From Bilabrum cf. latius (taxonomy: Eukaryota), in assembly GCA_965178125.1 (NCBI GenBank), contig OZ237740.1:62001-126000 (forward strand): a stretch of DNA of 64,000 bases, read 5' to 3'. How positions within the stretch are numbered: position 1 is the stretch's first letter; every line of letters begins with the position of its first letter. The translations under genes and the position numbers were made by a program. This document shows, in pieces, positions 1-12,454 of the stretch. Under the pieces are notes generated by a model that was not told the DNA's origin, did no database searches, and saw only the letters and a list, made by a program, of their open reading frames with translations.

Positions 1-3000
1 CGCGAGCTCCTCGGCCTCGACGAGAGCCTTGCGAGAGTCCGGCGGCAGGTCGTGCACGTCCTGCTCCAGGACGACCGTCTCAGTCTCGGCTGCCCGCGCC
101 GCCGCCACTGCCGCGGCTACGATTCGCGGTTTGCGCGGACCCGGTTCTATCTTGTCAAGCAGATCTAGCACATCTCCGGCAACCACGGGAAGCTCTGACG
201 TCTCACCCTCCCCTGCATCCACCCCACGGGACACGCCCGATTCACCCCTTCCTCTCCTAGAGTTGTCAGCGCTGCTTGCCACAGAGTTGGCTCCTGAAGT
301 GGCTTTGCTGTTGCCACCCCCACCTCCACTACCACCACTACTGCCGCCCATTCGCCGCCGCCGCCGCCGCCTGCTCGCCGCAGAGGCTGCATCGCCACCA
401 TCCTGGGCACTATCGCTTGCCTTGGGCCTCTAGCTTTTCTCTCTTTCTTGCTGCAGCTGTTCGTAGTACCTCTGTGCCTCTTTAGAGTGGGTCCCTGCAG
501 CCCAGCTGCCTGCGGGCATGGGCAGGTCGGTGGGCAGCGGCCTGAGCCCAATCGACTTCCGGGTCATTTCCACCGTGTCTGTCGCTTGGGGAATCTTCGC
601 GCCAGCATTACGCGGCGACAGGTTCAGTCTACGCCTCATATCTGCGTACGCCCGCTCGCATGCCTCTGCCTCTGCCCTCGTCCTAGCCACCCTCCTGTGG
701 TCGGCATCTACCTCCTACACCTGCCTAGCATGCAGTGCCCTGATGCGCTGCAACTGGCGTAAGGCAACCCTGTCGATGGCGCGGGCTGTGGCGGGCTGAT
801 TTACGTGCTGGTGATCCAACACCACCTCCTGCACCACCGGCACCACGTCGGATTCACCTGCCATCGAGCCACCGAGAGCCATGCACACCTGCCCTCTCGT
901 GGGGAGCAGCTCGCTAGTTTGCATCTCGGGAGTGACGTAGGGGTCACGGATGGCGAGAACTTCGACAGGGCCGAACTCGACCGACTCTGCCTCTTGATCG
1001 TGGTCCGTTGTGCCATCACGATGCACCTTGGCTCTCGCGGACAGCAGGTCCAGAGGGTGCATGCGAGCCTGTTCCTCCTCCTCTTTCGAGCCCCGTGCAG
1101 CGCCATTCAGGGAGCCATTGGCTCCGCTGGGAGCATCAGACTAGATCCGAGAGCGGAAGCTGGAGATGGGCATGGCAGTACCCAGCTTGCGGAGTCCTGG
1201 GCTCGGAGTGGCTCCAGCTTTGGCCTGCCTGTCCTCGTGGCCAGCAGCGGCTCGCACGGCTTCCTCTATTCCAGCGATACCATCCTCCTCTTGCGATCTC
1301 GGACGGATTCGTCCGGCCCGTCCTGCCCTCTCAGGGGGGCGCACCGGTGACATCTCCACGACCACGTCCACTGGGGTCACCGGGGCAGCTGGGCCCCTCT
1401 CCTTGGGCGCATCAATGTGCCTCGCTGGGGGACGCACGGTCCTGCACCGCTCTTCCCAGGCATGCGCCACTGCAAGTAGCTCCATTTCAGTTGTGAAGGC
1501 CGTGACACGGGCCATGTAGGGCATTCCGGCCTTCAGCTGCTTTTCCCCGTACAGTGGCTGGCCGTCGCAGTGCCCAGCGTACTCGACCTGACGCAGCATC
1601 GCCTCTCGTAGCCTCCAGACGCGCACGCGGTGTCGAATCGGTACCCAACTGTGCTGCCCAGGAAGACCACCGGTGCACGGATACAGATCCTGCGAGCTTG
1701 TGCCGGCAGTACGATCATCGTTGGCGCCCGTAGCTGTTGCCGCGGCGCTGTCCATCGCCTTTCCGGACCTGCCGCCTGCGCCCACTGCAGGCAATCTGCG
1801 CCCAGTTAATGCAGCGTTTGGGTTAGCCGAGGCCTGCACAATGATGGGCCCCCTATCCATGGCGAGATCAACCGCATCGCTGTCCATGAGCCCCCTGTAG
1901 CCCCTATTTCGCACCCCTGGAGGCTGGAAGGCGTATAGCTCCACTTCCCGTGCAGGCAGCCCCACTCGCCTGCGAAGGCACGCAAGCAGCTCCCTCATGT
2001 GCGCGAACGTGTCCACACGCAGCGACACCAGAGTCACAGAAGGCAGCCGGGCCGCCCTGTGCACTGGCATGGCTGCGATTGACTGCAGCACGGCGCGGGG
2101 ACTTGCCGTCCCGGTACTGACTCCCCGCAGCAGCGGCCTGGCCCCCGGGTACTTGGACAGCGTCTGGCAGATGCCTTGCAGGATGTCTCGGTTGACGCCA
2201 GACTGCTGCAGCCAGTACTTCGCTACTGCTCTCGGCACGTCGATCTCGCCCACGAGCGTGACAGAGTAGGTGCGGTGCACAGCCGGCACGGGGAGCGTGA
2301 GAACGTTGAAGGACTGGAAGGTGCGCGATCGATTCCCGCAATCTGGGCAGGTGAGCTCGTCCTGCAGCATTCCGCCCACGAGTCGGTTGGGCACGGAGCC
2401 GTCCTTCCTGCAGTGCTGCACCCACGCCTTGACGGCTGCCTGGTACCCCTCCGTGAGCGGCTGTGCCTCAAGCAAGAGAGGGTCGAATGGGACCAGGGCC
2501 TCGCGTGCCTTTGCCCCGGGGTCCTCCAGCTTCGAATTGTCTTCGCTGCTGCCGCCTGCACTGCCTTTGCTTTGTGCGCGCGCCATCGGCCAAGCGGTGT
2601 CGTCCTCGAGACAGCCGAATAGCTTGGCGAGGAGCTCGCCCGCGTCCTGCTGCACGCTGCCCGCCGCATCTGGCCAATGGTTTGCGATGGCCTGCTTCAG
2701 TGCCATCGGCCAAGTGAAGTTAGAGGTGGACTGCCACTGGCCCGCGATTGTTTGGGTGAGGGCCCGGGTAAAGTCTCCGCGGCTGCCGAACTTTGCCGCA
2801 GGGTTGATCAACGTGTCGGATCGGTGTCGCACAGCGATGGCTGCTAGCTCGGGAACGTGCACCAGACACTGCGCGACACGATGAGTATGGAAGAGGAATC
2901 GAAAAAGTTGCTTGGTCGTAAGTTATCTTTGCAAGCATGGCGTGTCATGTTCGCATTTGGCGAGTATGCATTCCAGTGTTTGACCAGGAATGCGTTCTCG

Positions 3001-3555
3001 AATGACTTGAAGGTACTTCACCAGTTAGGGGGTGAATCTCGCGGCAAATACAACTCTTACCTACAAGGGGGCCGCCATGTAGCACGAGTTGCCCAAATTA
3101 CAGAATCCCACTGCGCCTGAACCGACAGGGCCAGAGCCTTGCGATTCGACTTGCTGGCCAGAGGGCGAACCGATTCCGAGAAAGTCTACGAATGAGAACG
3201 CAGGCTATTCAGATGCAGGCTATTTCAGATGCTCCAACATGCTCCAGAGAGACCAAGTACTGATTGCTGCTCCGAAAACGAAGATTGTAGCAGACTGAAT
3301 CCACACGCCGAGGCCTTGGCGTTCCAAAGCGTCCACGATAACCTGTTGAAGCAGCGTCGCTATTCCAAATACCATCAATAAAACCGTGAGTGAACCTACT
3401 GATGTGGGAATAATGCAAAGGGGGTTGCAAATCACATCCCATCTCCAGGAACTTGCTTCGCCTCTCTATTCAGCCACAGGCTCATCCAGCGCAGTTTTGG
3501 GCTACGGAGGTGTATTTGCAACATATGAAGCCCCACCCGTTAGTAGTTGATTCAT
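1..3555 (-). CDS. Ubiquitin-specific protease (USP/peptidase C19) with N-terminal hydrophobic segments; 3' end runs off the window
   Basis: ATG 3555; exon 1 3555-3061; intron 3060-2869 (GTAAG...CGCAG, phase 0); exon 2 2868-<1. Cys-box GFCNLGNSCYMAAPL[TAG]CLVHVPEL, QQDAGELL motif, CxxC (LTCPDCG). In-frame TAG at 3502, 3466, 3220, 3205, 3061, 1141, 715, 430. His-box not seen in window. Confidence 0.9.
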
Positions 3556-3730
3556 GCTGATATGGTTGTGAGAGAGAAGAGCGGCGAATCATGAATTTCT
3601 ATTCTTCTTCTTCGTATTGTGCTCAGTGCCACAGTTTGGCGATTCGTTCGTTCGTTCGCTGGCACCAAGGAATACCCGTCAGAGTATCTACACAGTAGCA
3701 GCAGTGCTGTTGTATAGCATTCATAATTTG

Positions 3731-6700
3731 TCACATACCAAACTCGTACGACCGCACCAGGTCGCCGTAGGCAGTCACCACCCTGCCGTCCTCAACCGAA
3801 AGGGACCTGCAGCCCTGCACCTTCTGCTGGTTTCCCAGCACCGCGGCAACGGCGGCAGGGATGGACGGCTCCTCGCCCGCCCCCGCCCCGCCAGCACGCC
3901 TCCCCCGACGGGCGCGCCTGTTTGAGCCGCCTGCCAGGAGGGCGTAGGCGGGGGCAGCCGAGGCAGGGTCCACGTCTGGCTCACCGAGCAGCGGGAGCTT
4001 CCAGACCTTGACGGCATTGTCCGTGCCCGCCGTCACCAGGAACCGCCCCATGAAAGACGCACTCGTCACACCCTTGGAAGGCAGCGAGCCGCATGCGACC
4101 ATGACGTGCACAGAGCGGCGGCCCCGGAGCCGCGCCAGGCGACGCCTCCTCCACGACCCACTGCCGGTGCCGCCGCTTGCGCCCGTCCCGTCCCCGCCCA
4201 TGCTCCCGGCAGCACATGTGCCAGGTGAAGATCCTGCTCCTGGTGCAGGTGCAGGTGCAGGTGCAGGTGCAGGTGCAGGTGCAGGTGCAGGTGCAGGGCC
4301 TGAGGCAGGTGCAGGTGCCGTCGCTGCGGTCTTTGCGATGAATTTCGCCTCGGCCACGGCAGGTGCTTCCCTTTGAGCCATGACCATGGGCACCGCTCTG
4401 TGCCTGTGCCTGTGCCTGGGTCTGGGCCTGGGCCCTCGACCATGCCATGGGTGCTGGTGCCTTGGCCTGATATACTCCTCCTCATCCTCATCATCGGAGG
4501 AGAGGCCATCATCGATAACGATATCGCCGCGCGCAAACAGGAACGGCGGGTTTATTTGCTGCCCCGGGCGCCACCAGCCCTGACCGCCCAGGACAGCCGT
4601 GTTTGGCATGGCAATCACGTTGCCGCCGGGGGCATTGTCCGAGTCAAGATCATCCCCTCTCCGCATGGCGCCAGGGACGGCCCTTGCAGGGTACATCACG
4701 TACTGCTTGGCTCGCATGCTATACCTGGGAATGAGCGCCAGCTCCCCCTCATCCGGGATGGCAGGGACCCTGGCCTCTTCCCTGCGGAACAGAACCAGCT
4801 GTCCCCTGGAGGTGGATACCGCTGCATACCCACCCGAGGCAACAAATAGCCGCGGGTGGGTCCCGTTGGTGAACTCGGGCCCCTGGGCCGGGTAAGTGAT
4901 CTTGTGGTGCAGGTGTCCCCTGGCTAGCAGCTCGTGAGGAGGAGAGGGCACCAGTCGCAGGTGGGTAGCAAGTGCTGCTTGTGCCGCTGGGGACAGCTCC
5001 ACGGGCTTCATGGCGTCGCCGGATCCGGAGCCAGACGAGGGTGGCTGGCCACCGCTGCTGCCGTGACCGCCCCCGCGCCCACCGCCACGACCACCGCCAC
5101 GACCACCGCCACGACCGCCGCCACGACCACCGCCACGACCGCCGCCACGACCACCACCACGACCGCCGCTACGACCACCACCACGACCGCCGCCACGACC
5201 ACCACCACGACCGCCGCCACGACCACCACCACGACCGCCGCCACGACCGCCGCCGCGCCCACTGCCATGGCGCCTACCGCGACTCCCGCCATCCCGCGGA
5301 ATCGCACCCTTCGACTTCTTCGAGACCTCGGGCTCCAGATCGCTGTCATCGGACTCTGCCTCCAGGGAGATGGGCCCGCACGCATCCGACTATACGTCAT
5401 TATAGACCGCCGTCATCGGTGGTGGGTGGACCTATGGTCCACCCAAAGGCTCGACTAGGTCACGAGGCTGGTCCATCACCTGTGGGGCCACCATTTCAGC
5501 ACCGTGATGCCGAGCTCGGTTCATGGGCCGCGCGATGGCGGGACGGATCTCATGAAGTTGCGGAACCAGCTCAGCCACCGGAGGAGCAGGCATGATGGGA
5601 CCTCTATCAAGAATCAGCTCACCGACCATCCCATTGCCTCCATCTTGCACCCCTTTCCCATCCGGCCCGATGTCCAGCGGAGCCCCACGGCCCTGGGACC
5701 ACATGTATCTCTGGCGACGAGTGGCCCTCTCGTGCGACCAGTAGGACGGAGGCATGCACCCTCGGAACAAGCCTGCCTCGCCTGCGCTAGGGTCGAAGAT
5801 CTGAAGGACGTTGCCGCTGCCGTATGGCTGTGCGCTGGCGAATATGACCTCTCCTGCGCCCGTGAAGGCGTACCCGTTCACTGGGTACGCCTGCCGCCGC
5901 CAGCGGGGGTGGTTCAGGTCTGAGATCAACTGATCAGGGCGGGGATCATCATCTGGCTAGCCTCCACGATCGCTGGTGGTTGCAGCGGCTGCCCCACCAT
6001 CCGCACCTGCCGGCTTCTCCTCACCCCCTGCCCCGCTAGATGCCGCCCCACCATCACCACCCGCCTGTATTCCTGCATCTCCGGCTCCGCCACATGCCTC
6101 TGACAGCGGTGGAATGGTCGGTATGTCAAACGCGGATGGAAGTTCCATTGGGACCTCCGATGGGTCCTTGTGGCCCATCGGGGCGTTCCGGGCCACTGCT
6201 GCTTCTGCGTGTATTGGGCGCACCTGTTGATCCGGAGGAAAGTGTGGTTGAATGAACTGAGGAGGTGGGACCGGTAGCAAGACATCAGGACCCGGCGCCA
6301 CAGGAATCTGGTCCCCACCACCCGCACCACCGTTGCCACCACCCACCGGAAGATCCCCCGAATCTCGCCCCGTAGCCTCACGGACGATCGCGTCCGCATC
6401 GGGGGCTGGCATCCCGATGAGCCTGGATAGGCCCCAGCTCTGCGCCCCGATGGAGATCAAGCCCAGGCCGTGCACGGGGTGGTACGTCGACTGGTCCCCT
6501 TCTTGTGCGCCTGCAATGGTCCACGCCAGCACCACCGACCCTGGGCCCACTCTACGGAGCACCGGGGCGAAGATGCTCCGCTCGTGCGGCTGCCAATCGT
6601 TCGTCTGCGAAGCGGTGCTGGTCACTGGGAGGGCCACAGGGTCCTTGTAGAGGGCGGGAGGGTATTCGTTGTCCTTGCCCAGCACGGTGGGCCTGCCCTC

Positions 6701-8332
6701 TCTCGCCAGCCACTGCTTGTCTCCATCGATCGCTTCCTGCGGCATGGGCCTGCCAATGTAGGCGTCCATCAGATCGCTTCTTCGCTTGAGTCCGGCGTCA
6801 CTCTCTGCCTCCGCCTCGGGAAGGAGCGTGGGTCGGGAGGCGGCAGGGTCGTCGTCGAACAGGCCCCCCAGGTCCGACTGATCTCCGGGTGGCTTCAACC
6901 ACGGCATTTCGCGGCTCCTGAAATCCTCCACGTATCCGCGATCCATCGCGACATCCAGTCGCAGGGGCCGGGAGAGCTCCCTCCCGGTCGCAAGGTCCAG
7001 CAGCCGCACGCACTGGTCCTGGGGCCCTGTCCTGCCCTCCATGCCCAGCACGATCCCCATCCGAGTGCCTGCCTCCAGAGGCACCACACGGCTGACAGAG
7101 GGCCCGCCAGGCGCGCCAGCACCGTCCAGGCCAACCACCCGACCGGGTGCGGTGGACGTTCCGCTATGTGCGGCGCCACTCCCTTCCGTGCTCGGTCCGA
7201 AATGGTACCGCATGCGCACGGAGCGGCCAGGGAGGTACTTGGCCTGCTCCCTCTCGGCGCGGCGACGCAGCTCCACCACTAGACCAGCGTCGTCTGCCTC
7301 CATGGCTCCTGGATCGATCTCATCCTCAACGTCCCGAGGCTGCAGCTGCACCAGCGCGGCGCTGACAGCGACGTGGCTGCGGCTCGCGTCTGGCCGCGGG
7401 CCCCTCCTAGAGAACAGGGGCAGGAGGGCACCGCTTGCCTGCACGGCGCATGCGACCACCCATCCGTCCAGCATGGTCGCAACTACAACAGCGACCAACG
7501 TGGTGTCAAGGCTGAGGGGGACAGGGCCGTCGGCCGCACCAGCTGCAGCCGCCGCCGCTGCTGGCTCCGTCTCAGCCGCACCACCCCTGCCCCTGGCCAG
7601 CAGCGCCTGAAGCAGGGCTAGCCCTTCCGCTGGCTCCAGGGGCTCAACGGACATATGAAGCAGCCGGGAGTCCCCAGGAAGGGGCAGTTCCCCCGCGGTG
7701 TCCCTCGTTGAACCTGTCCCCTCGGGCACGCTGGCCGCCCCATCGACCGTCCTGATCTGCTTGGCGTGGCCAGCCACCATCAGGCTCGTCCCGGAGATGC
7801 CAGAAGATACGATGACTGGCCCTTCACCCCCGCGCCATGTGATAGTCTGGTACTCTCCCGACCTGCCCCCTGCCATGCCGCGTTCCCGGCGCTTGCGAGC
7901 GGCGTACAGCCAGAACCACTTGGAGGCCAATCGGTGCACTTCCGCCTCGCTCAGCTCATCCTCTGTTTCCTTGCTCTCAGCAGCACCAGCAGCTGTCGCG
8001 TCGGCATCAGACTCGCGCTTTGATTGGCCGAGCGCAGCTCTAACGAGGCGGGCGGCCTGTCGGCCATCTCTCGAGTACCGACCGGCATCCACCTGGAACG
8101 CACCAAATTCGCGCTGGGAAAATGTTTTCCACGCCATGTCGGACATGGCAGCTGCACTCAATCTTCTTGACGCAAGACGCACAGCCAGGGCATCGGAGGG
8201 GTCCAGCAATGCGAGCACGGACCCTAGTTCTCGAGACCGCAAATGCTCCATCGTGAGGCCTGAGGATCCAACTGCAGACCCGCCCACGAGCGGCTCCCCA
8301 GCAGATGCAACCGCACCAGATGAGTCTACCAT
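3731..8332 (-). CDS. F-box protein with RGG repeat and C-terminal WD40-like repeat (~1530 aa, TAG read-through)
   Basis: ORFs 5957-8455, 5432-5929 and 3731-5011 share one frame, separated only by TAG (5957, 5432, 5390); ends TGA 3731. F-box-like LRSRELGSVLALLDPSDALAVRLASRRL; WD-like GRFLVTAGTDNAVKVWKL. Confidence 0.75.
4240..4318. repeat. (GCAGGT)n hexamer repeat encoding Pro-Ala on the minus strand
   Basis: Tandem GCAGGT units read directly; PAPAPAPA in the F-box gene frame. Confidence 0.9.
5080..5256. repeat. 12-bp tandem repeat encoding (GGGR)n RGG box
   Basis: About 14 ACGACCRCCRCC units; in the F-box gene frame these read GGC GGC GGT CGT etc. Confidence 0.85.
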
Positions 8333-8698
8333 ATTATTAAACACTGCACTTCGTTTAGGTGGGAGAAAGTCAGGGCTCAGCCGTGGGGATTCGGCGGCTA
8401 CCAAGAGATACGCATCGGTAAGAACAGGGCAATAACTGCATGTCACGTGAATCAACTCAGCATTACGCGCTTGGATTACGGCTATTTATACGACTTATCA
8501 CACACAACCTCACATGTATAGTCAGAATTTAGGAGTATCTTTGAGTACTTGGATGTGAAAGATCCGGCGCTGAACGGCGAGTTGGCTGCAAGGCAGTGCA
8601 TCTGGAAAAAAGGTTGCAACCGCACGAAGGAAATTAAAACCGCACGCAATAACCCGGAAGCATGCTAGATACACTCGCTATTTCAGCCTTAGAATGTA

Positions 8699-10700
8699 TC
8701 AGTCAAATAGCGAAATCCCGTCGTCAGATGACTCTGAGCTTTCATCATCGCTGCAGTCGGTTGAATCGCCCCACACCCCCAAACACCTGCGGTCCGTCCG
8801 GGTGTCCAAGTCATTCCCTTTCAGACCGTCAGACGACTCACCCCCGGAGGTAGCTTCTTCTGCAGGTAGGGCCCAAGCTGCCTGCAGCAACGCAATGCAC
8901 TGCGCGTGCCCGCCGTGCTCCGCTGCTTCCTCCGGACCCATCACCTCGATCCTTCCATCCACACCGACCACCACCTCGCCCTTCATCTCGAGCCCCCCCG
9001 CCAGCTTGCCCAGCCTCAACCGCTTGGCCAGCTCTAGAGGCCTGCCCTCGCTCGCCGCCTGGAACACCATCCTCGCGTCCCTCTTAGCCTCCACTGCCCT
9101 CCTCCACCGAATGATCGCATTGGTGGGACGAGGATCCGCCCACTCAGCCCCGGCCATATCACCAGGCTTGCTTCTCTCGAACAGGTGCTGGAGCGCATCC
9201 CGCCTCGTGCGCACGGGTGGCTTGCATCTAAAGGACCCTATGGCTGCGATGATCTCCAGTCTGGCGCGTTTGGCACGATCCATCGGTATTGCCTCGAACC
9301 GGCTCAGGCGGCGCCTCGTGTGATCGGCCTCCTCGAAGAGGGCATGCAGCGGGGCGCCTGCTCGGAGGAGCAAGGCAACCACACCGCAGTGGCCTTGAGC
9401 AGCGGCCGTCGGAATCGGAGAGTGTCGCTGCGGGGCACTCGGCAGCGACAGGTCCCAGCACGGCACGGCGATCGCCCACGCATAGCATGGTGGTTTTGAA
9501 GGATTCACACGCGCATCCTGTCCGCGATCAAGAAATTAACTGACGAGTTCATGCTCACCATGGCGGTATTCCTATCGAACGCGTGCTTCGGGGGCACAAG
9601 CCGCGCGCCCCACTGGACTAACAATGCGGCACAGGCAGTGGACCCAGCCATGGATGCTGCTGCCAGGGGCGTCAGACCTTCCTGCAGCATAGGAGAATAT
9701 CAATCAAATGGAATTATTGGCATTTTCCCATCAAAGTAGATGAATATCGCACCAAGACAGTGTCCCTCGTTGCCCCTGCCAGTGGGCCACCGGACTGCTG
9801 CAACCTGTCTCGCAGCGCGCAGCTTTCGGTGCTTACGGTTGGCGCTTCGAAGTCTGCCCCGGCTCGCAGCAATGCCCGGCACAGTTGTGACGACGTGGAC
9901 CTGGCGGCATATGCCAGGGCAGATACCCGGTTCCGTCCCTAGACTTTGTCCCTTGTCTGCGCGGACTGTGCTAGCAGATGCTTCAGCAGAAACACACTAA
10001 GCTATGGATCGGGAAGGCCGAATCGATTCAAAAACATGCAATGTGCGACAGAATTATTGAATAGGGGCCAAACTCACCACCGCCATAACTCTACCTTGAT
10101 GCACTCCGGCCACGGGCCCCATGGGGGACGCTCCCCAGTCCACAAGCACCTAGCCTGCGTCATGTGCGCCCCACTGGGCAGCGTAAACGAGGACGGAGAG
10201 TCCCCGCTGCGATTGAAAGTAACCTGTTGCAAGCTGGACTAGCATAGATACGGGCCCGGTGGACTAGCGGTCGTAAACAGCAGCACGCCAGGCCTCAAGA
10301 CGGCCTCCCGACGTTTGGGCTAGCACTACTAGAACTTCCAGTCTAGTAGTAGAGCGGGACCACGGTCTCACCTAGTCACACAGGTCCGGCTGTGCCCCAG
10401 CATCCAAGAGCACGCTCACAACCTCGGGATGATTCCAGCACGCCGCAACTACAAGCGGCGAGAACACCTTCTGCGACAGTGGCTAGCAAGAGCCCGCGTG
10501 TGCAGCTGTTGTCGCAAGTGCTGCCAGGTCACCACGAGACGCCAAAAAACGAGGACTGCTGTTCCGGAAGCAGAACTTACCCATTCTGACGAGCAAGAAG
10601 GGCCTGCCCCCTCGTCAGGGCTTGCTCCCATCCGCAGCAGCAGACGGCACATAGTGGCGTTGCCGCTCTCGGCAGCGAGAACCAGAAGCGGGATGCCTGA
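8699..10700 (-). CDS. Multi-exon ankyrin-repeat protein (5' end uncertain)
   Basis: Ankyrin-like exons SGIPLLVLAAESGNATMCRLLLRMGASPD (~10700-10580), [TAG]GRNRVSALAYAARSTSSQLCRALLRAGAD (to GTAAG donor ~9836), EGLTPLAAASMAGSTACAALLVQWGA and RHSPIPTAAAQGHCGVVALLLRAGA; ends TGA 8699. Confidence 0.7.
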
Positions 10701-11702
10701 CTGCGTAGGAGCTCAACTAGATGCGACTGGCGCTCACGTGCTCGCATACGTGATTGAAATCACTCTATATACTCCGGCAGATTGCGTGCTTGGCTGCACG
10801 AGCGACTCACTGTGGTGCACGTGTCTGGCGCGATCCCAGCTGACAGCATGCACGCAGTGGCCTGGGTTTGACCCTAGCACACCGCAAGAACAATATTGGG
10901 CTCGTGCTCCTGCTCATAGGAGAGTTACGTACACACTTAAGCACTGACATGTGTTGCTGTGCCCGGATGATGTGCATGGGTAGTAGTGAGGAGAGATCTG
11001 ACTTTATTGCGTCTGACTGTTAAATCGTCTATTCGGGGATCATCATGAAGGCACCCCATTGCGCCGACAGGGTCCTTGGAGTACAAGCACTATCGTAACA
11101 TGAAATAAGGGTCACGTCTGCGACGCATTGATAACATTCAGTTGAAGTCAATCCGATCCATCAACTATTCCGCGAAACAGTATCAACGCAACGGGCAGCC
11201 GCACCTATTCTCCTCGGCAGGATTATAGAGTATATCGTCATCAATAAGTTTACGCGGATATTTTCTCATAGAACCGTACATGAGCTCTGGGGACACCACG
11301 ATACCACTATGCCTCATCAAGATCGGGTCATTCGATCGGAGCGTCGCAGAAGAGGGGCAGCCGAAAGCAACGACCTCGCCATGGCAGTCGCCGACAACAA
11401 GGCTGTTTGGACCAGAACGGGCAGCAGGACGGGGTGCCGGCAGCGGGCGCCGGAGGGAACGTGAACGCTGACGCTCTTCAGGCCATTTCAGGGTGGAGCT
11501 CAGGTGGTTTAGGCCATTTCAGCTGAAGCGTAAAGCCTGATAGGCCCCGGGCCTTCGTTCCAGATGTAATTTCGCAATATAGTGCGCTTTCGAGTTGATT
11601 TCATTCCCTCACCCTGGGTATAGGTGCTGCTGCATCATACTGAGTGAACTCTGGAGTCTCGATGAGTGCCACAGAGATACAGAAAGATAATCGTCGTGAC
11701 GC

Positions 11703-12247
11703 TTATACGCCCTTGGTCTCAGTCATAGTTCTGACAATAGTAGCCAGCCCTCCCTTGCTCAGGCAGTGTGCATGCCACTTCAGCATGCTGCTCAACGAGA
11801 TCCCCTCCTCCATGGCTCGGTACACGTATTTCATGAGCGTGTCGCACTGCGCGTCGTCCAATCCATCCACGCAGTCTCTAATTTTAGCCTCTCTTACGGC
11901 GGCAATTGCTCGCATTACTACTCTAAAGTTGTCATCCTGCGTTCATGTAAGGGATACGGGCAATCGTAAATACTAGCTAGCAAGCACAGTATCAAGCAGC
12001 GCTCCAGGCAAACGTGTGGACACCTCACCTTAATCTCTTGACTTGGAACACTCAGCGGAGGTCTATTTAGCGAAGCTGCAACGGCTTTCATCGGCTTCTT
12101 CGAAGCAATCAATCCCTCAACTTCTGCTGCTCGCTGGGCAACCTCCTCCGCATACTTTGCCAAGCGAGCCGCCTTCTTCGCCTCCTTATCGCGCGTCTTT
12201 GCAGATACCTCAGGGGCTGCTCCACCAGCTCCGGATACGGCGGCCAT
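11703..12247 (-). CDS. ARPC5: Arp2/3 complex subunit 5 (p16-Arc)
   Basis: Exons 12247-12029 and 11936-11703, intron 12028-11937 (GTGAG...GCAG). LDDAQCDTLMKYVYRAM...MLKWH...GGLATIVRTMT matches the ARPC5 signature. Ends TAA; no in-frame TAG. Confidence 0.92.
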
Positions 12248-12454
12248 CGCAGGCAGATCTTACGAATGATTTTCGTATCCAATCCTTGTGGTTGCGGAAC
12301 ATGCTGTGGCGCCGCGCATCAGGAGGTTGAGCAAAATTTCATGGCAGTGCGCTAATACTAGAGGTATAGCGATGAACGAAGGCAGTTCCACACACAACAC
12401 TGGCAATGGGACTCGCTGCGAGCACAAATGCCTCGCTACGGGTAAACTGCAAAG

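Noticed and set aside
5080-5256. Tandem repeats as a CRISPR array or telomeric repeat (also 4240-4318 and 40716-40862)
   Set aside because: No spacers; they are in-frame coding microsatellites
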